A stretch of DNA of 64,000 bases from an uncultured Bacilli bacterium (GCA_910587065.1 CAJUMA010000001.1:82221-146220), one strand, 5' to 3'. Counted from the first letter of the stretch, positions 8,739-19,065 are shown. Numbers and translations: made by a program. Notes: generated by a model not told the origin, from the letters alone.

Positions 8739-10139
8739 ATGAAAACTATACTTTACTATAATTTGTTCATCAATGTATATACTTTCAACAAGTTCTTTTT
8801 TAACTAACTTGTCTATAGAATTTTTATACAAGATATCAATATCATCCATCTTAAAGTTAGTAACATTATCAAACATTTTCAGCAAAGTCTTTTTCTTATT
8901 GTCTATTGATTTTTTTACTTTTTTAAAGTCTTGTTGTGTTATTTCACCACTATAATTCTTTATATAGGCTTCTTTTAATTTTAAATCATTAACTCTAATT
9001 TTTTCCCTAATACTATCTTTTATTGATTCTATATAACATTTGATTTTAGAAAAACAGTTGTTAATAACCATCCGTTTATCAACATCTGCAACTAAATTAC
9101 TAATATTTTCATCAATAGCTACTAATATTTTTTTTAAAATAATACTTTTTAAACATTTAGAACATTTAAAATAATACTCTAGTTTATTATTTTTATGCTT
9201 TTGATAGCATCTCATATAATTACCACACTTGTTACAAAATACTTTGTTCTCAAACATTACTTTTTCTTTTGCTTTTCTATAATTTTTGTATTTCTTTAAT
9301 CTATTATTAACTTGTAAAAATAACTCTTTATCAACAATAGATGGAAAGACATTTTCTATTATCTGATAATCACTTGGTCTAATATATTTTCTTTTTTTAT
9401 CCTTGTAATTATATTTATAAGACTTTCTAACAACTAAATCGCCCTTATACACGGGATTTTCAAGTATTCTACGAACTTTTCTATTATTCCATGTATTTGT
9501 AGCTGTTTTTTTGTTTTTCACCTTTAAATCATCTAATAATATGTTATTTAAATAAACAGCTATATAATTTAAACTATAACCATTAAAATTTAAATTAAAA
9601 ATGTCTTTTACGATACTTGCTTCATTTTCATTTATAGAAAGGGTTCTTAAACCATTAAAATAAAATATATCATAACCAAAAGGAGGATAAGGACCAATAA
9701 ATTCATGGTTCAAAGTTTTATTAATAGCTACATTTCTTCTTTTTAAAGAGGCTTCTTTCACATAGTAATCATTCATGATAGAGTGAATATTAACTAATAC
9801 CCTATTAGTTGTATCCTCATTATTAATAGAAATTAATAGAACATTATGTAACTTAAAATATTCATTTATATAATAACTAGATAAAAAAAGTTCTCTTCCA
9901 AGCCTTGATATATCCTTAACTATCACCGTGGAGATTAGTCCCAATTCTATATCTTTTTTTAATTTTAAAAATGCTTCCCTACTAAAATCAATCCCCGATA
10001 TACCATTATCAACATATATATCATCTAATTTTAAATTATTTGAATTACAATAATCTTTAATTAAACTTATTTGATTACCAATACTATTTCCATTATCTTT
10101 AACCGAAACACGAACATATCCCACAATAAACTTATTCAA
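8736..10139 (-). CDS. large serine recombinase (resolvase/invertase N-domain + recombinase domain + zinc ribbon)
   Basis: Catalytic-Ser motif GYVRVSVKDNG near the N-terminus. DISRLGRE motif. C-terminal Cys pairs CNKCGNYMRC...CSKC. Long coiled-coil tail. Probable TTG start at 10139 preceded by GGAG; the ATG-initiated ORF in the track reaches 10184 and overlaps the upstream gene. Confidence 0.85.
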   Translation of the reverse strand: MNKFIVGYVRVSVKDNGNSIGNQISLIKDYCNSNNLKLDDIYVDNGISGIDFSREAFLKLKKDIELGLISTVIVKDISRLGRELFLSSYYINEYFKLHNVLLISINNEDTTNRVLVNIHSIMNDYYVKEASLKRRNVAINKTLNHEFIGPYPPFGYDIFYFNGLRTLSINENEASIVKDIFNLNFNGYSLNYIAVYLNNILLDDLKVKNKKTATNTWNNRKVRRILENPVYKGDLVVRKSYKYNYKDKKRKYIRPSDYQIIENVFPSIVDKELFLQVNNRLKKYKNYRKAKEKVMFENKVFCNKCGNYMRCYQKHKNNKLEYYFKCSKCLKSIILKKILVAIDENISNLVADVDKRMVINNCFSKIKCYIESIKDSIREKIRVNDLKLKEAYIKNYSGEITQQDFKKVKKSIDNKKKTLLKMFDNVTNFKMDDIDILYKNSIDKLVKKELVESIYIDEQIIVKYSFH

Positions 10140-11634
10140 AATTACTCCTAAATTTATAAAAAATTCTAACCATCTTATGATCATCTATCGTAATCTTTGA
10201 TATCAATCTACCAATAACTTCTTTTTTTTGAATATTTAAACCTTCTTTTATAATTAGGTCGATCGTAGGCACATTGTTTTTAAATATACCCATCATTCGA
10301 CTTTTCTCATCATTAAAATATTCTAAGTCCGAGTTAAGTGAGTTATTTATAATCTCAAAATCGGATTCATCAACTATACCTTCTAATTTATCCTTATACA
10401 ATTGAATTTTCATAGCAGACAGCCTTTTTATTCTAGTATTTATATTATTTAAAACATATTCACGCTTTTCTTTAAAAGTAGCATTAAATATTTTTTTTAC
10501 CAAATTATTTATATCTATATTTTTCATTAACTCAGCCAAATTAGAAAAAAGAATATTATTTAATATTTCCTCTCTAAAATAATGCATTGAACACACATTA
10601 TCACGGTATTTTGCATATGTCCTACAACAATATATACTCGATGATTTTAGTCTCCTTACCAACATGGTTGACGAACACTCATTACAACATACAAACCCTT
10701 TAAGTAAATAATCATATTTTCTTCTTCTTACATGCCCACTTTTTGATAAACTATTGACCAAGTTAAATTGTTCTCTATTTATTATGGGCTGATGATTATT
10801 TTCGATTTTTATCCATTCATCTTCTTTTAACAATCTTTTTCTTTTCGATTTCAAACTAACTCTTTCATATTTTTTTTGAACAAGAGTACCAATATAAACA
10901 ACGTTTTTTAATATATAGCTAACTGTTGCTGGTTTCCAGATTGTACTAAAAAAGGTTTTATTTAAATCTCTATTATTATAAATATTAGGTGGCATTACTT
11001 TTTCATGAGTTAACTTCCTAGCAATTATTGTTGTACTCAAACCCGCTTCTTTCATTGAAAATATCCTTTTTACTATTGAAGACGCATAATCATCTATTTC
11101 TAATATTCGTGAATCTATTAAAGACCTTTTATAGCCATAAGGAACTGTACTTCCGAGAAAATATCCTTTACGCATCAAATCATGTCTTGATGACTTAATC
11201 TTTTTGGATATATCATTTAAATACATATCATTTAAAACAGCTTTAAATGGAATAATATCATCACTCAAAGTTGGAATTAAAGAATCATAATTATCAAGTA
11301 TTGCTATATATCTTATACTATTATCGGGAAAAAATTTATAAATATATTCTCCCGTTCCAATAAAATCTCTTCCAAGCCTTGATATATCCTTTGTTATTAC
11401 ACAGTTTACTAACTCATTTTTTATATCTAAAAGAAGTCTCTTAAATGAAGGCCTATCAAAATTTCCACCCGAATAGCCATCATCAATATAATAATCATAT
11501 ATTTGAATACCTTTATTCAAACAATAATCTCTAATTATATTTTTCTGATTAACTATACTTGTACTAACATTTTCTTCTTTACTCTCAGAAACAGATATTC
11601 TTACATAAACAGCCGCAATATACTTACTCTCCAT
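10132..11634 (-). CDS. large serine recombinase
   Basis: 500 aa. N-terminal AAVYVRISVSES catalytic-Ser motif, DISRLGRD, recombinase domain, CCNECSSTM...CC zinc ribbon/coiled coil. Directly upstream of and co-oriented with the second LSR. Confidence 0.85.
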   Translation of the reverse strand: MESKYIAAVYVRISVSESKEENVSTSIVNQKNIIRDYCLNKGIQIYDYYIDDGYSGGNFDRPSFKRLLLDIKNELVNCVITKDISRLGRDFIGTGEYIYKFFPDNSIRYIAILDNYDSLIPTLSDDIIPFKAVLNDMYLNDISKKIKSSRHDLMRKGYFLGSTVPYGYKRSLIDSRILEIDDYASSIVKRIFSMKEAGLSTTIIARKLTHEKVMPPNIYNNRDLNKTFFSTIWKPATVSYILKNVVYIGTLVQKKYERVSLKSKRKRLLKEDEWIKIENNHQPIINREQFNLVNSLSKSGHVRRRKYDYLLKGFVCCNECSSTMLVRRLKSSSIYCCRTYAKYRDNVCSMHYFREEILNNILFSNLAELMKNIDINNLVKKIFNATFKEKREYVLNNINTRIKRLSAMKIQLYKDKLEGIVDESDFEIINNSLNSDLEYFNDEKSRMMGIFKNNVPTIDLIIKEGLNIQKKEVIGRLISKITIDDHKMVRIFYKFRSNFE

Positions 11635-11752
11635 TTATTTCCTTTAATAGATTTTCTTTAATATAGTCTAATAAGATTTCTTCTATAAGCTCGCTTAAAC
11701 TAGGTCCAGTATCATCAAAAATAGTAATTACTTCATTTTCCTTATTCTTCAT
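11627..11752 (-). CDS. 42-aa ORF translationally coupled to the upstream LSR (possible directionality or regulatory factor)
   Basis: ATG...MKNKENEVITIFDDTGPSLSELIEEILLDYIKENLLKEINGE; its TAA overlaps the ATGGAGAGTAA start of the recombinase. Below the ORF-track size cut-off. Confidence 0.3.
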
Positions 11753-11834
11753 ACATATTCCCTCATAAATAATTTATGAAATAAATTATTTATAAGAACC
11801 AAAAAACCAGCTAGAGTATTCTAACTGGTTTATA

Positions 11835-14800
11835 TTATTTTTTTACATACAATCTTACTAAAATAGCTACGAAGAACAAGAATATTACTAAACAACCTAT
11901 AACAATCTTATAATTAATTCCAAATCTCGAAGTTTCATTATTTTCTTCATCTTGTGTTTCTGGAGCCTTTATTTCAATATGATCAGTTTTCGAAACTGCG
12001 CTAGTTGTTGTAGTTTTATCTTCTTCAGTTTTATTAGTAGTTGTTGTTTGTTTATTTTGACTGTTTGCAGTTGTTGTATTACCAATACCTTTATTAGGAT
12101 TATTAACAATTGTACTTCCGCCATTAATTGGTTTAGAATCAATTGTTGGAATACTTGGTTTTGGATCTACAGGTTCAACTGGTTTTTCTGGTTGAACTGG
12201 ATCAACTGGTTTTTCTGGTTTTTCTGGAACACTAGGATCCACAACGTCCTCGGTTATCCAACTCACAGTCGCTGTTGCAGTTCCTTTGTTTCCAGCCTTA
12301 TCTACAAACTCAAATGTAAATTTGCCATTCTTAGTAAATACATATGTGAACTTGCCATCATTATTTAGCACTGTTACATCTTCATTTGTTTTTAATGTAA
12401 CAATAATACTTTCATAAGTTGGTTTAGTTATTGAATAAGATATTTCTCCAACTGGAGCACTCTTATCTATCCAATCAACTATAGCAACCGCACTTCCTTT
12501 ATTTCCTGCTTTGTCCACAAACTCGAATACAAATTTGCCGTTCTTAGTAAATACATAAGTATTTAAGCCATTATTGTTTAATATTGACACTCCATCTTCA
12601 ATTACTAATGTTGCTGTTACATCTTTGTTTGTTAAATCCTTAACATTATATGTTACTTTGCCTATTGGAGCACTCTTATCAATCCAATTCACAATAGCTT
12701 CGGCAGTTCCTTTGTTTCCAGCTTTATCAACAAACTCAAACACAAATTTACCATTGTCTGTAAATACATAAGTAGTTAAACCGTTATTATTTAGTACTGT
12801 TACATCTTCATTTGTCTTTAATGTAGCAATAACTTGTCCATTTGTAATAGTAGTCAAACTATACTCAACTATTCCAACTGGAGCAACTTTATCAATCCAA
12901 TCCACTTTAGCTGTTATGGTTTCTCTGTTTCCATAAGCATCAGCTATTATAAAATCAAATTTTCCATTCTCCTTGAAAGTATAAGTATTTAAACCACCAT
13001 TATTTATGATTCTAACACCTTCACCTACTTCTAATGTTACTATTACATCTTTGTTTGTAGCAGAGGATTCGCTATAGACTAATTTACCAAACAGATTTGG
13101 GTTGACAATCCAATCCACTTTAGCTTTAACGCTTCCCTTATTTCCTGCTTTGTCCACAAACTCAAATGTAAATTCTCCATTTTGAGTAAATGTATATTTT
13201 AGTGAACCACCATTATTAGTTATTGTAACATCTTTATCAACACTTAATGTTGCTGTTACAGGACCTTCGGTTTTTTCACTTATGTCATATGTTATTTTTC
13301 CTTTTGGAGCAACCTTATCTATCCAGTTAACAGTTGCTACTGCAGTTCCTTTATTTCCTGCATTATCTACAAATTCAAATGTAAATTCGCCATTATTTGT
13401 AAATGTGTATGTTCTAGAACCATTATTATTAGTAATTGTAATTCCATCCCCAACATTTAATGTTGCTATTACATCTTTATTTGTTAAACTTGTAATATTA
13501 TAACTTATCGTTCCAACTGGAGCTTTCTTGTTTATCCAATCTACTTTTGCAGTTGCAGTTCCTTTGTTTCCAGCTACATCGACAAACTCAAAAGTGAATT
13601 CTCCGTTTTCACTAAACCTATATGTTTTTAATCCACCATTGTTTGTAACAGTTACCCCATCCGCAACGGTAAGGGTTGCTACTACATCCTTATTTGTTAG
13701 AATTGTTATATCATAACTTATCGTTCCAACTGGAGCATTCTTGTTTATCCAATCTACTTTTGCTGTTATACTTCCTGTATTTCCAGCTAAATCTCTAAAC
13801 TCAAAAGTGAATTCTCCATTTTCACTAAATACATATTTTGTTGAACCATTATTATTTGTTACTATTGTTTCTTCATTAGTAATTAATGTAACTTCAACAT
13901 TCTTATTTGTTATATCTTTTGTGCTATATACTAAAGAACCTTTAGGTGCAACTCTATCAATCCAATTAACTGTTGCTGTAGTTGTTCCTCTATTACCAGT
14001 GGCATCAACAAATTCAAACGTAAACGATCCATTATTATTAAATGTATATGTTTTAGAACCGTTATTATTTGTTACTGTTACGCCTGCTGCTACATTAAGT
14101 GTTGTAACAACATTTTTATTTGTTGGAGTTGTTATATCATAAGTTACATTTCCTGATGGAGCCTTCTTATTTATCCAAGTAACGTTTGCAGTTGCTCTTC
14201 CTGTATTTCCAGCTTCATCGACAAATTCAAATGTAAATTCGCCGTTTTCTGTAAATATATATGTTTTCTTACCATCATTATTTGTTACTGTTACTTCTTC
14301 GCTTGGAATTAATGTTACAATAACATCTTCATTTGTTATATCTCTTGTTCCATATTCAATTGTTCCAGTTGGAGCAATCTTATCTATCCAAGTAACAGAT
14401 GAATTAATTGTACCAGTATTTCCAACTTCATCAGTATATTCGAACACGAAAGTTCCATTTTCATTAAATGTATAAGTTTTACTTCCATTATTGTTTGTTA
14501 CTGTTATTTCTTTATCAGAAATTAATGTAGCAGTAACGGAAGTATTTGTCTTATTAGTAGTACTATATTCAATACTTACATGTGGAGCAACTTGACTACG
14601 ATCTTCATATAAGTTAATCATAGCTGCTGATGCAAATATATCATATGTATCAACTTCAAATTTTACATATTGTCCATATACGCTTTCATCAAATGTTATT
14701 TTTCTCATTTCATTATCTTGTGGACAATTCTCAATGCTTCCTGCTAAGTTCCAGTCTTCACCATCTAAACTTACAAATACTCGAGCATTTTTGATAAAGT

Positions 14801-17800
14801 CTGGGTCAACACTCCTATATTTCTTTTGAATAAATTCAAGAGCTGAAATATATCTTGGAGCATCTAATTTAATTGTAACAAATGGTTTTACAGTTTGAGT
14901 CAATACTGAATATCTAAAATCAGTATGCCATAAAGTGTTTGGATTTCCATCAATTACATTAGGAGCATAGAAAGGTCTAGAAGAATCAATTGATTGAGTA
15001 GAATAACCATGTATTGATAAATGCTTAATAGGAATATATTTTTCTGTATCAGGTTGATTATCTTCTGTAAATTCATACTCTAATACATTACTTGCAACTG
15101 AAGTTGAAGTTGCTTTATTTCTTAATTGAAGTACTCTATCACCAGTAACTACTGGCTCTACATCAGAATAAGATGTCCACTCAGTAGTATCTGAATATTT
15201 CCATTCAAGTTTCGACACATCACCTAAGGCAATAAGTCTATTTTCTAAATCATTAACATAAGGATCAAGCGTTAATTCATCTGCTTCCTTAATTTTTATA
15301 GAATATTCAGTTTCATCTCCACTTAATTTTATTTTTATTCCATTTTCTGGAGAAATTTTATTAAGAGTCTCTTTTGATAATTGTGCATTATTACCAGTAA
15401 CAGTAATCCATGTAGCACCACCATCAACTGAATATTTCCATTCATTAGTATAATCTGAATCATTTAAAACTATCTTACCAGCATTATTTCCATCAAATGA
15501 GAAACTTGCAACAACCTTAACTGTTTTATTCTCATAAAAGTTAAACATAGCACCTGCTATAAAACTCATACTTGCGCTTACAGCTTGAGTCTTTTTACCA
15601 ACAATTTTAATATATTGCCCTCTTACAGGTTCAAAATCAATTGTTTTTACAGAAACATCGTTTGTATTTCTATAAGTCCAATCTGTTTCAGCTGCTTCAG
15701 TATAGTTTATTCCATCCATACTAACTAATATTTGCGCTTTTTCAATTTTTCCATTACCACCAGCTAAAGGATAATAATCCATAGCAGTTATATTTTTTGG
15801 TTCATCTAATTTAATAACTATTTCTTTTTTTCTATCGCTACCATCCCAAGCTGAGTGCCAATTTGTATGTATATTACCATCTATAATATTTCTAGCATGT
15901 CGCCCTTGTCCTGTAGCTTCTGATGAAACACTATTAATAGAAAGATGAGAAATTGATATATATTTTCTAGTATCTGGTTGAACATTATTAGTAAAATGAT
16001 ATGTAACTGAATTTGTATCAGCTAAATACAACCCTGTTGCTCCAGCTTTAACAATTACATCTCTATCTCCAGATAAATCTGGTTCCTCATCTTTATAATA
16101 AGTCCAATCATCCGTTTCATTATATTTCCATAACATTGTTGGAACAGAAGCAATTAATTTATCCTCTAAATCGTTAGCATATAAATTTCTAGGTAATCCT
16201 GCAGAATTTAATATGTCGATTTTATATAAATTTTCTTCCGAATAATTTACTCCAACTATATGAATATAAATATCATTTTCTGCTGTTATACTAGCAATTT
16301 GTTCTTGAGTTAATTCAAGTTCATGAGCTTCTTCACCTGTGAATGAAACTTCATTCCAAGTATTCTTTCCATCTAAACTATAATCCCATCTAATTCCGCT
16401 TCCATCAAATCTCTTTGATAGGACAATTTTATTTGCTTTGTCTCCATCAAACGAGAATGTCGCTAAAGTAGAATCAAATTGACCTAAAAGATATGATGCT
16501 TCAACTCTAGTAACTCCAGGTTGTAATACATCTGTACCTTGATAATTCTTTGCTCTAGTTAATGTATCAGTAACTAATAAAGAATATTTAAATTGATAAG
16601 CATTTGATGTAAATTTAGGTTTTAGTAGGGAAGATAGTTGATAGAATGGCAAAGGATATTCTAAGAAACTATCACTTAATTCTTCAACTAAGTTGAAATA
16701 ATCTTCTTCAGTTTTAGTTGAATCATTATTGTATAATTCAATTAATTTATACCAAGCATCAACATTAAAATCTAACGCTGATATGGAAGCACGAAGATAT
16801 TCTTCATACTTGCTTGTATTATCCTTATAACTATTCGCTATCATTAGTAACTCACTAGATCTTTGATAATCAGCAAATCTATTTACGGCTTCTTGAGCCA
16901 TTACCATATAAGGAATTGTATAACCAGTTGCATATCTTCTATCATTTCCCCATCCAAGAAGCATTCTTTCACCCTTCTCAGATAAAGTCCATCCACTAAC
17001 ATCATTATCAATTCCCCAGTAACCTTGTCCATTTGTATTTTGTGAATAATATAAAAGTGCAGCATGTCCAGGTTGACCAATTACGGTTGCAGGAATACCA
17101 TGAGTAGCACGAATATTTGAACCAGACTTAGAGATACCTCCACAAACAGCACCTGTTCCAAATTTATTTCTAAAGTTCATCCACACTTTATAAAGTTTAT
17201 AATCGTTTGTTCCTCTAGTAACCTTGATAGTATATTCTGGACTGTCCTTTCCACCTGGAATGGTGTAAGTCAAATCCCATAATCCAATTTTCTCATCTGG
17301 ATTTTCTTTGTTTGGAACTGCAAATAATTCGTTGAAATAATCTTTGTTAGCTTCATCATAATATACACTATTTCCATAATTTGGCCATACATATGCCATA
17401 TATGGATGTGGTGTCAAAAGAGATCCAACACTACCAGGAGCTGCATCAATTCTTGATTGTACGTAATCATTAAGCCATAAAATTGATTCATCATCTATTA
17501 AGTTATTCATAACAAAACGCATTGTTTCAATTGGTAGCGACTCAAACATTGGTGTCATATCGACACTGTCTGTAGCCTTAAATCTACCATTTTTATGCAT
17601 AAACTTATAAATAGCATATCTAACTACTGCATCCGATTGATTTTCTGTCGAATTTTGCATCCATAATCTTACTGTTCCTGAATGAGTTAAAGAAAGTGAG
17701 AGAGCCATCTTTTTATAAAGATCTCCATAAGTTAGTGTGGCATCCCATTTATTATTAAGAAGTGTATTATTGCTAAAATCTTCTTTATAGTTATAATATA

Positions 17801-18791
17801 ATCTATTTAATTCTACTATAGATTTATAATAGCTTCCATCAGGTTTTCCACCCATAACATATAATCTCAAATTTTCTAAATCAGTCATTAACCATTTGAT
17901 TGTTTCATTATACGAAGAATTAAATGTTGCCATATTTTGCAATAAATCATATGTTGCATTATTAACAAAATCTCTTTGTAACACTATTAATTCTTGTTCA
18001 TTTGTTAAGTTAGATGATGGAAAATTTTTAATCATCTCATCATACTGCTCAACTGTTTTTATGTAATCCACTGTGTTTGAAGGCTCTTCATATCCAGCTT
18101 TTATAAGTTTTGCATCCGCTAAAACTGAATGATCATTACTTTCATTTCCACAATTTTGAATTACAAATTTAATGTATTTTACATCTTTAACAGGATATTT
18201 AAGGAAAAAAGCATCCCTATCTCCTTTAAATACCGCATTATTGTTGACTCTTTCTCTAAGAGTCCAAGTCTCGCCATCATCCGATGTGTGAATTTCGAAT
18301 CTAACACCATTACCTGCTGAGCCAACGCTTGCGTCAACTCCTAAATAAGCTGTTAGATAGTCATAGTCGTATCCACTAAGGTCATAAGCAACGGTTGCAT
18401 TTGCATGTGCTAAAATACCTTTCATAAACATTTTTCGTCTACCATCAACATTAACAGTAATTAACCCTCCGGATAAATTCTTGTCTAATTGAATCGTACT
18501 ATAAGATGTATATGATATTCCAGGCATATAAGGAATATCAGAAAGGTAAACCATATCCGTGGCGTTAGCTTTCGCTTGTGCATTAGTATCTTCAGCCTCT
18601 GTTGAATTTAAGTTAAATTGATTTTCAATCTCACTTTCATTAGCCAAAGTGCTTGTATTTCTATTCATTAGAACACTCATATTTGAGAGGCTAGGCCCCA
18701 GAGTTACAAGTGTTAAAAGTATTACAGATAATACAATCGTACTAATTATGTCGTGCTTATATCCTTTGGATCGTAAACACTTAAATTTCAT
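11835..18791 (-). CDS. giant (2318 aa) multidomain surface protein: signal/TM - NPCBM - transglutaminase-like core - 2x F5/8 type C (discoidin) - 11 tandem ~71-aa repeats - Pro/Thr stalk - C-terminal TM anchor
   Basis: N-terminal hydrophobic segment. Residues ~80-232 VYLSDIPYMPGISYTSY...GILAHANATVAYDLSGYDYDYLTAYLGVDASVGS...DHSVLADAKL match the NPCBM/NEW2 domain. Residues ~540-600 GTGAVCGGISKSGSNIRATHGIPATVIGQPGHAALLYY...GIDND match the transglutaminase core (Cys-His-Asp). IDGNIHTNWHSAWDG and IDGNPNTLWHTDF mark discoidin domains. Repeats VTVTNNNGSKTYTFxENGxFTFEFVDxAGNKGTAxAxVxWIDKxAPxGxIxY x11. PEKPEKPVDPVQPEKPVEP and a T-rich linker. C-terminal IVIGCLVIFLFFVAILVRLYVKK with no LPXTG. Confidence 0.85.
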   Translation of the reverse strand: MKFKCLRSKGYKHDIISTIVLSVILLTLVTLGPSLSNMSVLMNRNTSTLANESEIENQFNLNSTEAEDTNAQAKANATDMVYLSDIPYMPGISYTSYSTIQLDKNLSGGLITVNVDGRRKMFMKGILAHANATVAYDLSGYDYDYLTAYLGVDASVGSAGNGVRFEIHTSDDGETWTLRERVNNNAVFKGDRDAFFLKYPVKDVKYIKFVIQNCGNESNDHSVLADAKLIKAGYEEPSNTVDYIKTVEQYDEMIKNFPSSNLTNEQELIVLQRDFVNNATYDLLQNMATFNSSYNETIKWLMTDLENLRLYVMGGKPDGSYYKSIVELNRLYYNYKEDFSNNTLLNNKWDATLTYGDLYKKMALSLSLTHSGTVRLWMQNSTENQSDAVVRYAIYKFMHKNGRFKATDSVDMTPMFESLPIETMRFVMNNLIDDESILWLNDYVQSRIDAAPGSVGSLLTPHPYMAYVWPNYGNSVYYDEANKDYFNELFAVPNKENPDEKIGLWDLTYTIPGGKDSPEYTIKVTRGTNDYKLYKVWMNFRNKFGTGAVCGGISKSGSNIRATHGIPATVIGQPGHAALLYYSQNTNGQGYWGIDNDVSGWTLSEKGERMLLGWGNDRRYATGYTIPYMVMAQEAVNRFADYQRSSELLMIANSYKDNTSKYEEYLRASISALDFNVDAWYKLIELYNNDSTKTEEDYFNLVEELSDSFLEYPLPFYQLSSLLKPKFTSNAYQFKYSLLVTDTLTRAKNYQGTDVLQPGVTRVEASYLLGQFDSTLATFSFDGDKANKIVLSKRFDGSGIRWDYSLDGKNTWNEVSFTGEEAHELELTQEQIASITAENDIYIHIVGVNYSEENLYKIDILNSAGLPRNLYANDLEDKLIASVPTMLWKYNETDDWTYYKDEEPDLSGDRDVIVKAGATGLYLADTNSVTYHFTNNVQPDTRKYISISHLSINSVSSEATGQGRHARNIIDGNIHTNWHSAWDGSDRKKEIVIKLDEPKNITAMDYYPLAGGNGKIEKAQILVSMDGINYTEAAETDWTYRNTNDVSVKTIDFEPVRGQYIKIVGKKTQAVSASMSFIAGAMFNFYENKTVKVVASFSFDGNNAGKIVLNDSDYTNEWKYSVDGGATWITVTGNNAQLSKETLNKISPENGIKIKLSGDETEYSIKIKEADELTLDPYVNDLENRLIALGDVSKLEWKYSDTTEWTSYSDVEPVVTGDRVLQLRNKATSTSVASNVLEYEFTEDNQPDTEKYIPIKHLSIHGYSTQSIDSSRPFYAPNVIDGNPNTLWHTDFRYSVLTQTVKPFVTIKLDAPRYISALEFIQKKYRSVDPDFIKNARVFVSLDGEDWNLAGSIENCPQDNEMRKITFDESVYGQYVKFEVDTYDIFASAAMINLYEDRSQVAPHVSIEYSTTNKTNTSVTATLISDKEITVTNNNGSKTYTFNENGTFVFEYTDEVGNTGTINSSVTWIDKIAPTGTIEYGTRDITNEDVIVTLIPSEEVTVTNNDGKKTYIFTENGEFTFEFVDEAGNTGRATANVTWINKKAPSGNVTYDITTPTNKNVVTTLNVAAGVTVTNNNGSKTYTFNNNGSFTFEFVDATGNRGTTTATVNWIDRVAPKGSLVYSTKDITNKNVEVTLITNEETIVTNNNGSTKYVFSENGEFTFEFRDLAGNTGSITAKVDWINKNAPVGTISYDITILTNKDVVATLTVADGVTVTNNGGLKTYRFSENGEFTFEFVDVAGNKGTATAKVDWINKKAPVGTISYNITSLTNKDVIATLNVGDGITITNNNGSRTYTFTNNGEFTFEFVDNAGNKGTAVATVNWIDKVAPKGKITYDISEKTEGPVTATLSVDKDVTITNNGGSLKYTFTQNGEFTFEFVDKAGNKGSVKAKVDWIVNPNLFGKLVYSESSATNKDVIVTLEVGEGVRIINNGGLNTYTFKENGKFDFIIADAYGNRETITAKVDWIDKVAPVGIVEYSLTTITNGQVIATLKTNEDVTVLNNNGLTTYVFTDNGKFVFEFVDKAGNKGTAEAIVNWIDKSAPIGKVTYNVKDLTNKDVTATLVIEDGVSILNNNGLNTYVFTKNGKFVFEFVDKAGNKGSAVAIVDWIDKSAPVGEISYSITKPTYESIIVTLKTNEDVTVLNNDGKFTYVFTKNGKFTFEFVDKAGNKGTATATVSWITEDVVDPSVPEKPEKPVDPVQPEKPVEPVDPKPSIPTIDSKPINGGSTIVNNPNKGIGNTTTANSQNKQTTTTNKTEEDKTTTTSAVSKTDHIEIKAPETQDEENNETSRFGINYKIVIGCLVIFLFFVAILVRLYVKK
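12254..14594. repeat. 11 tandem ~213-bp coding repeats inside the giant protein gene
   Basis: Periodic near-identical protein units VTVTNNxGxKTYxF...WIDKxAP... The repeated DNA also produces the spurious antisense ORFs at 12574-14142 in the track. Confidence 0.8.
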
Positions 18792-19065
18792 TTCATAATC
18801 CCCCCATTTATCGAAATTTAGAGCATATTATAGCACATTTTTCGATAAATGCAAGTTTTTCCACTCTCCTTTCTTATAAATTATATTCATCTATATAAAA
18901 TAGTGACTAATTCTAAATTATCACTATTTTATACCAAATATTAAATTGTTTAAAAACTATTCTTTTTATCTATATATATTAAACCATATTTTAGCATTAA
19001 AGTAAATATTCACATGAGATTTAAAAGGTACAAATATATACATATTATTACATAAAAAAAGGCAG

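Larger units (their letters stand above)
7639..19065. mobile_element. ~11.4 kb integrative element inserted in yabG (sporulation-gene intervening element; two large serine recombinases)
   Basis: Lies between the two yabG fragments. Left end (plus strand) CATC|TGCTGTCTTTTTTTATGTAACAA; right end TTATTACATAAAAAAAGGCAGCA|CATC. The ends are ~22-bp imperfect inverted repeats (GCTGYCTTTTTTTATGTAAYAA). CATC (GATG on the coding strand) is duplicated at 7635-7638 and 19066-19069. Cargo: two LSRs, a 42-aa ORF, a membrane protein and a giant surface protein. Confidence 0.65.

Noticed and set aside
8315-8739. Three overlapping ORFs (99, 73 and 70 aa) on both strands at the 3' end of the 7725-8714 gene.
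   Set aside because: They fall within the low-complexity Pro/Glu/Lys-rich coding tail; repetitive AAACC/GAAAA codons leave alternative frames open. No RBS or motif support.
12574-14142. Five plus-strand ORFs (62-133 aa) with repetitive translations (SIQLTVA..AVPLFPA...).
   Set aside because: They lie antisense to the giant protein gene, inside its 213-bp tandem repeats. The periodicity keeps an antisense frame open, so they are artefacts, not genes.
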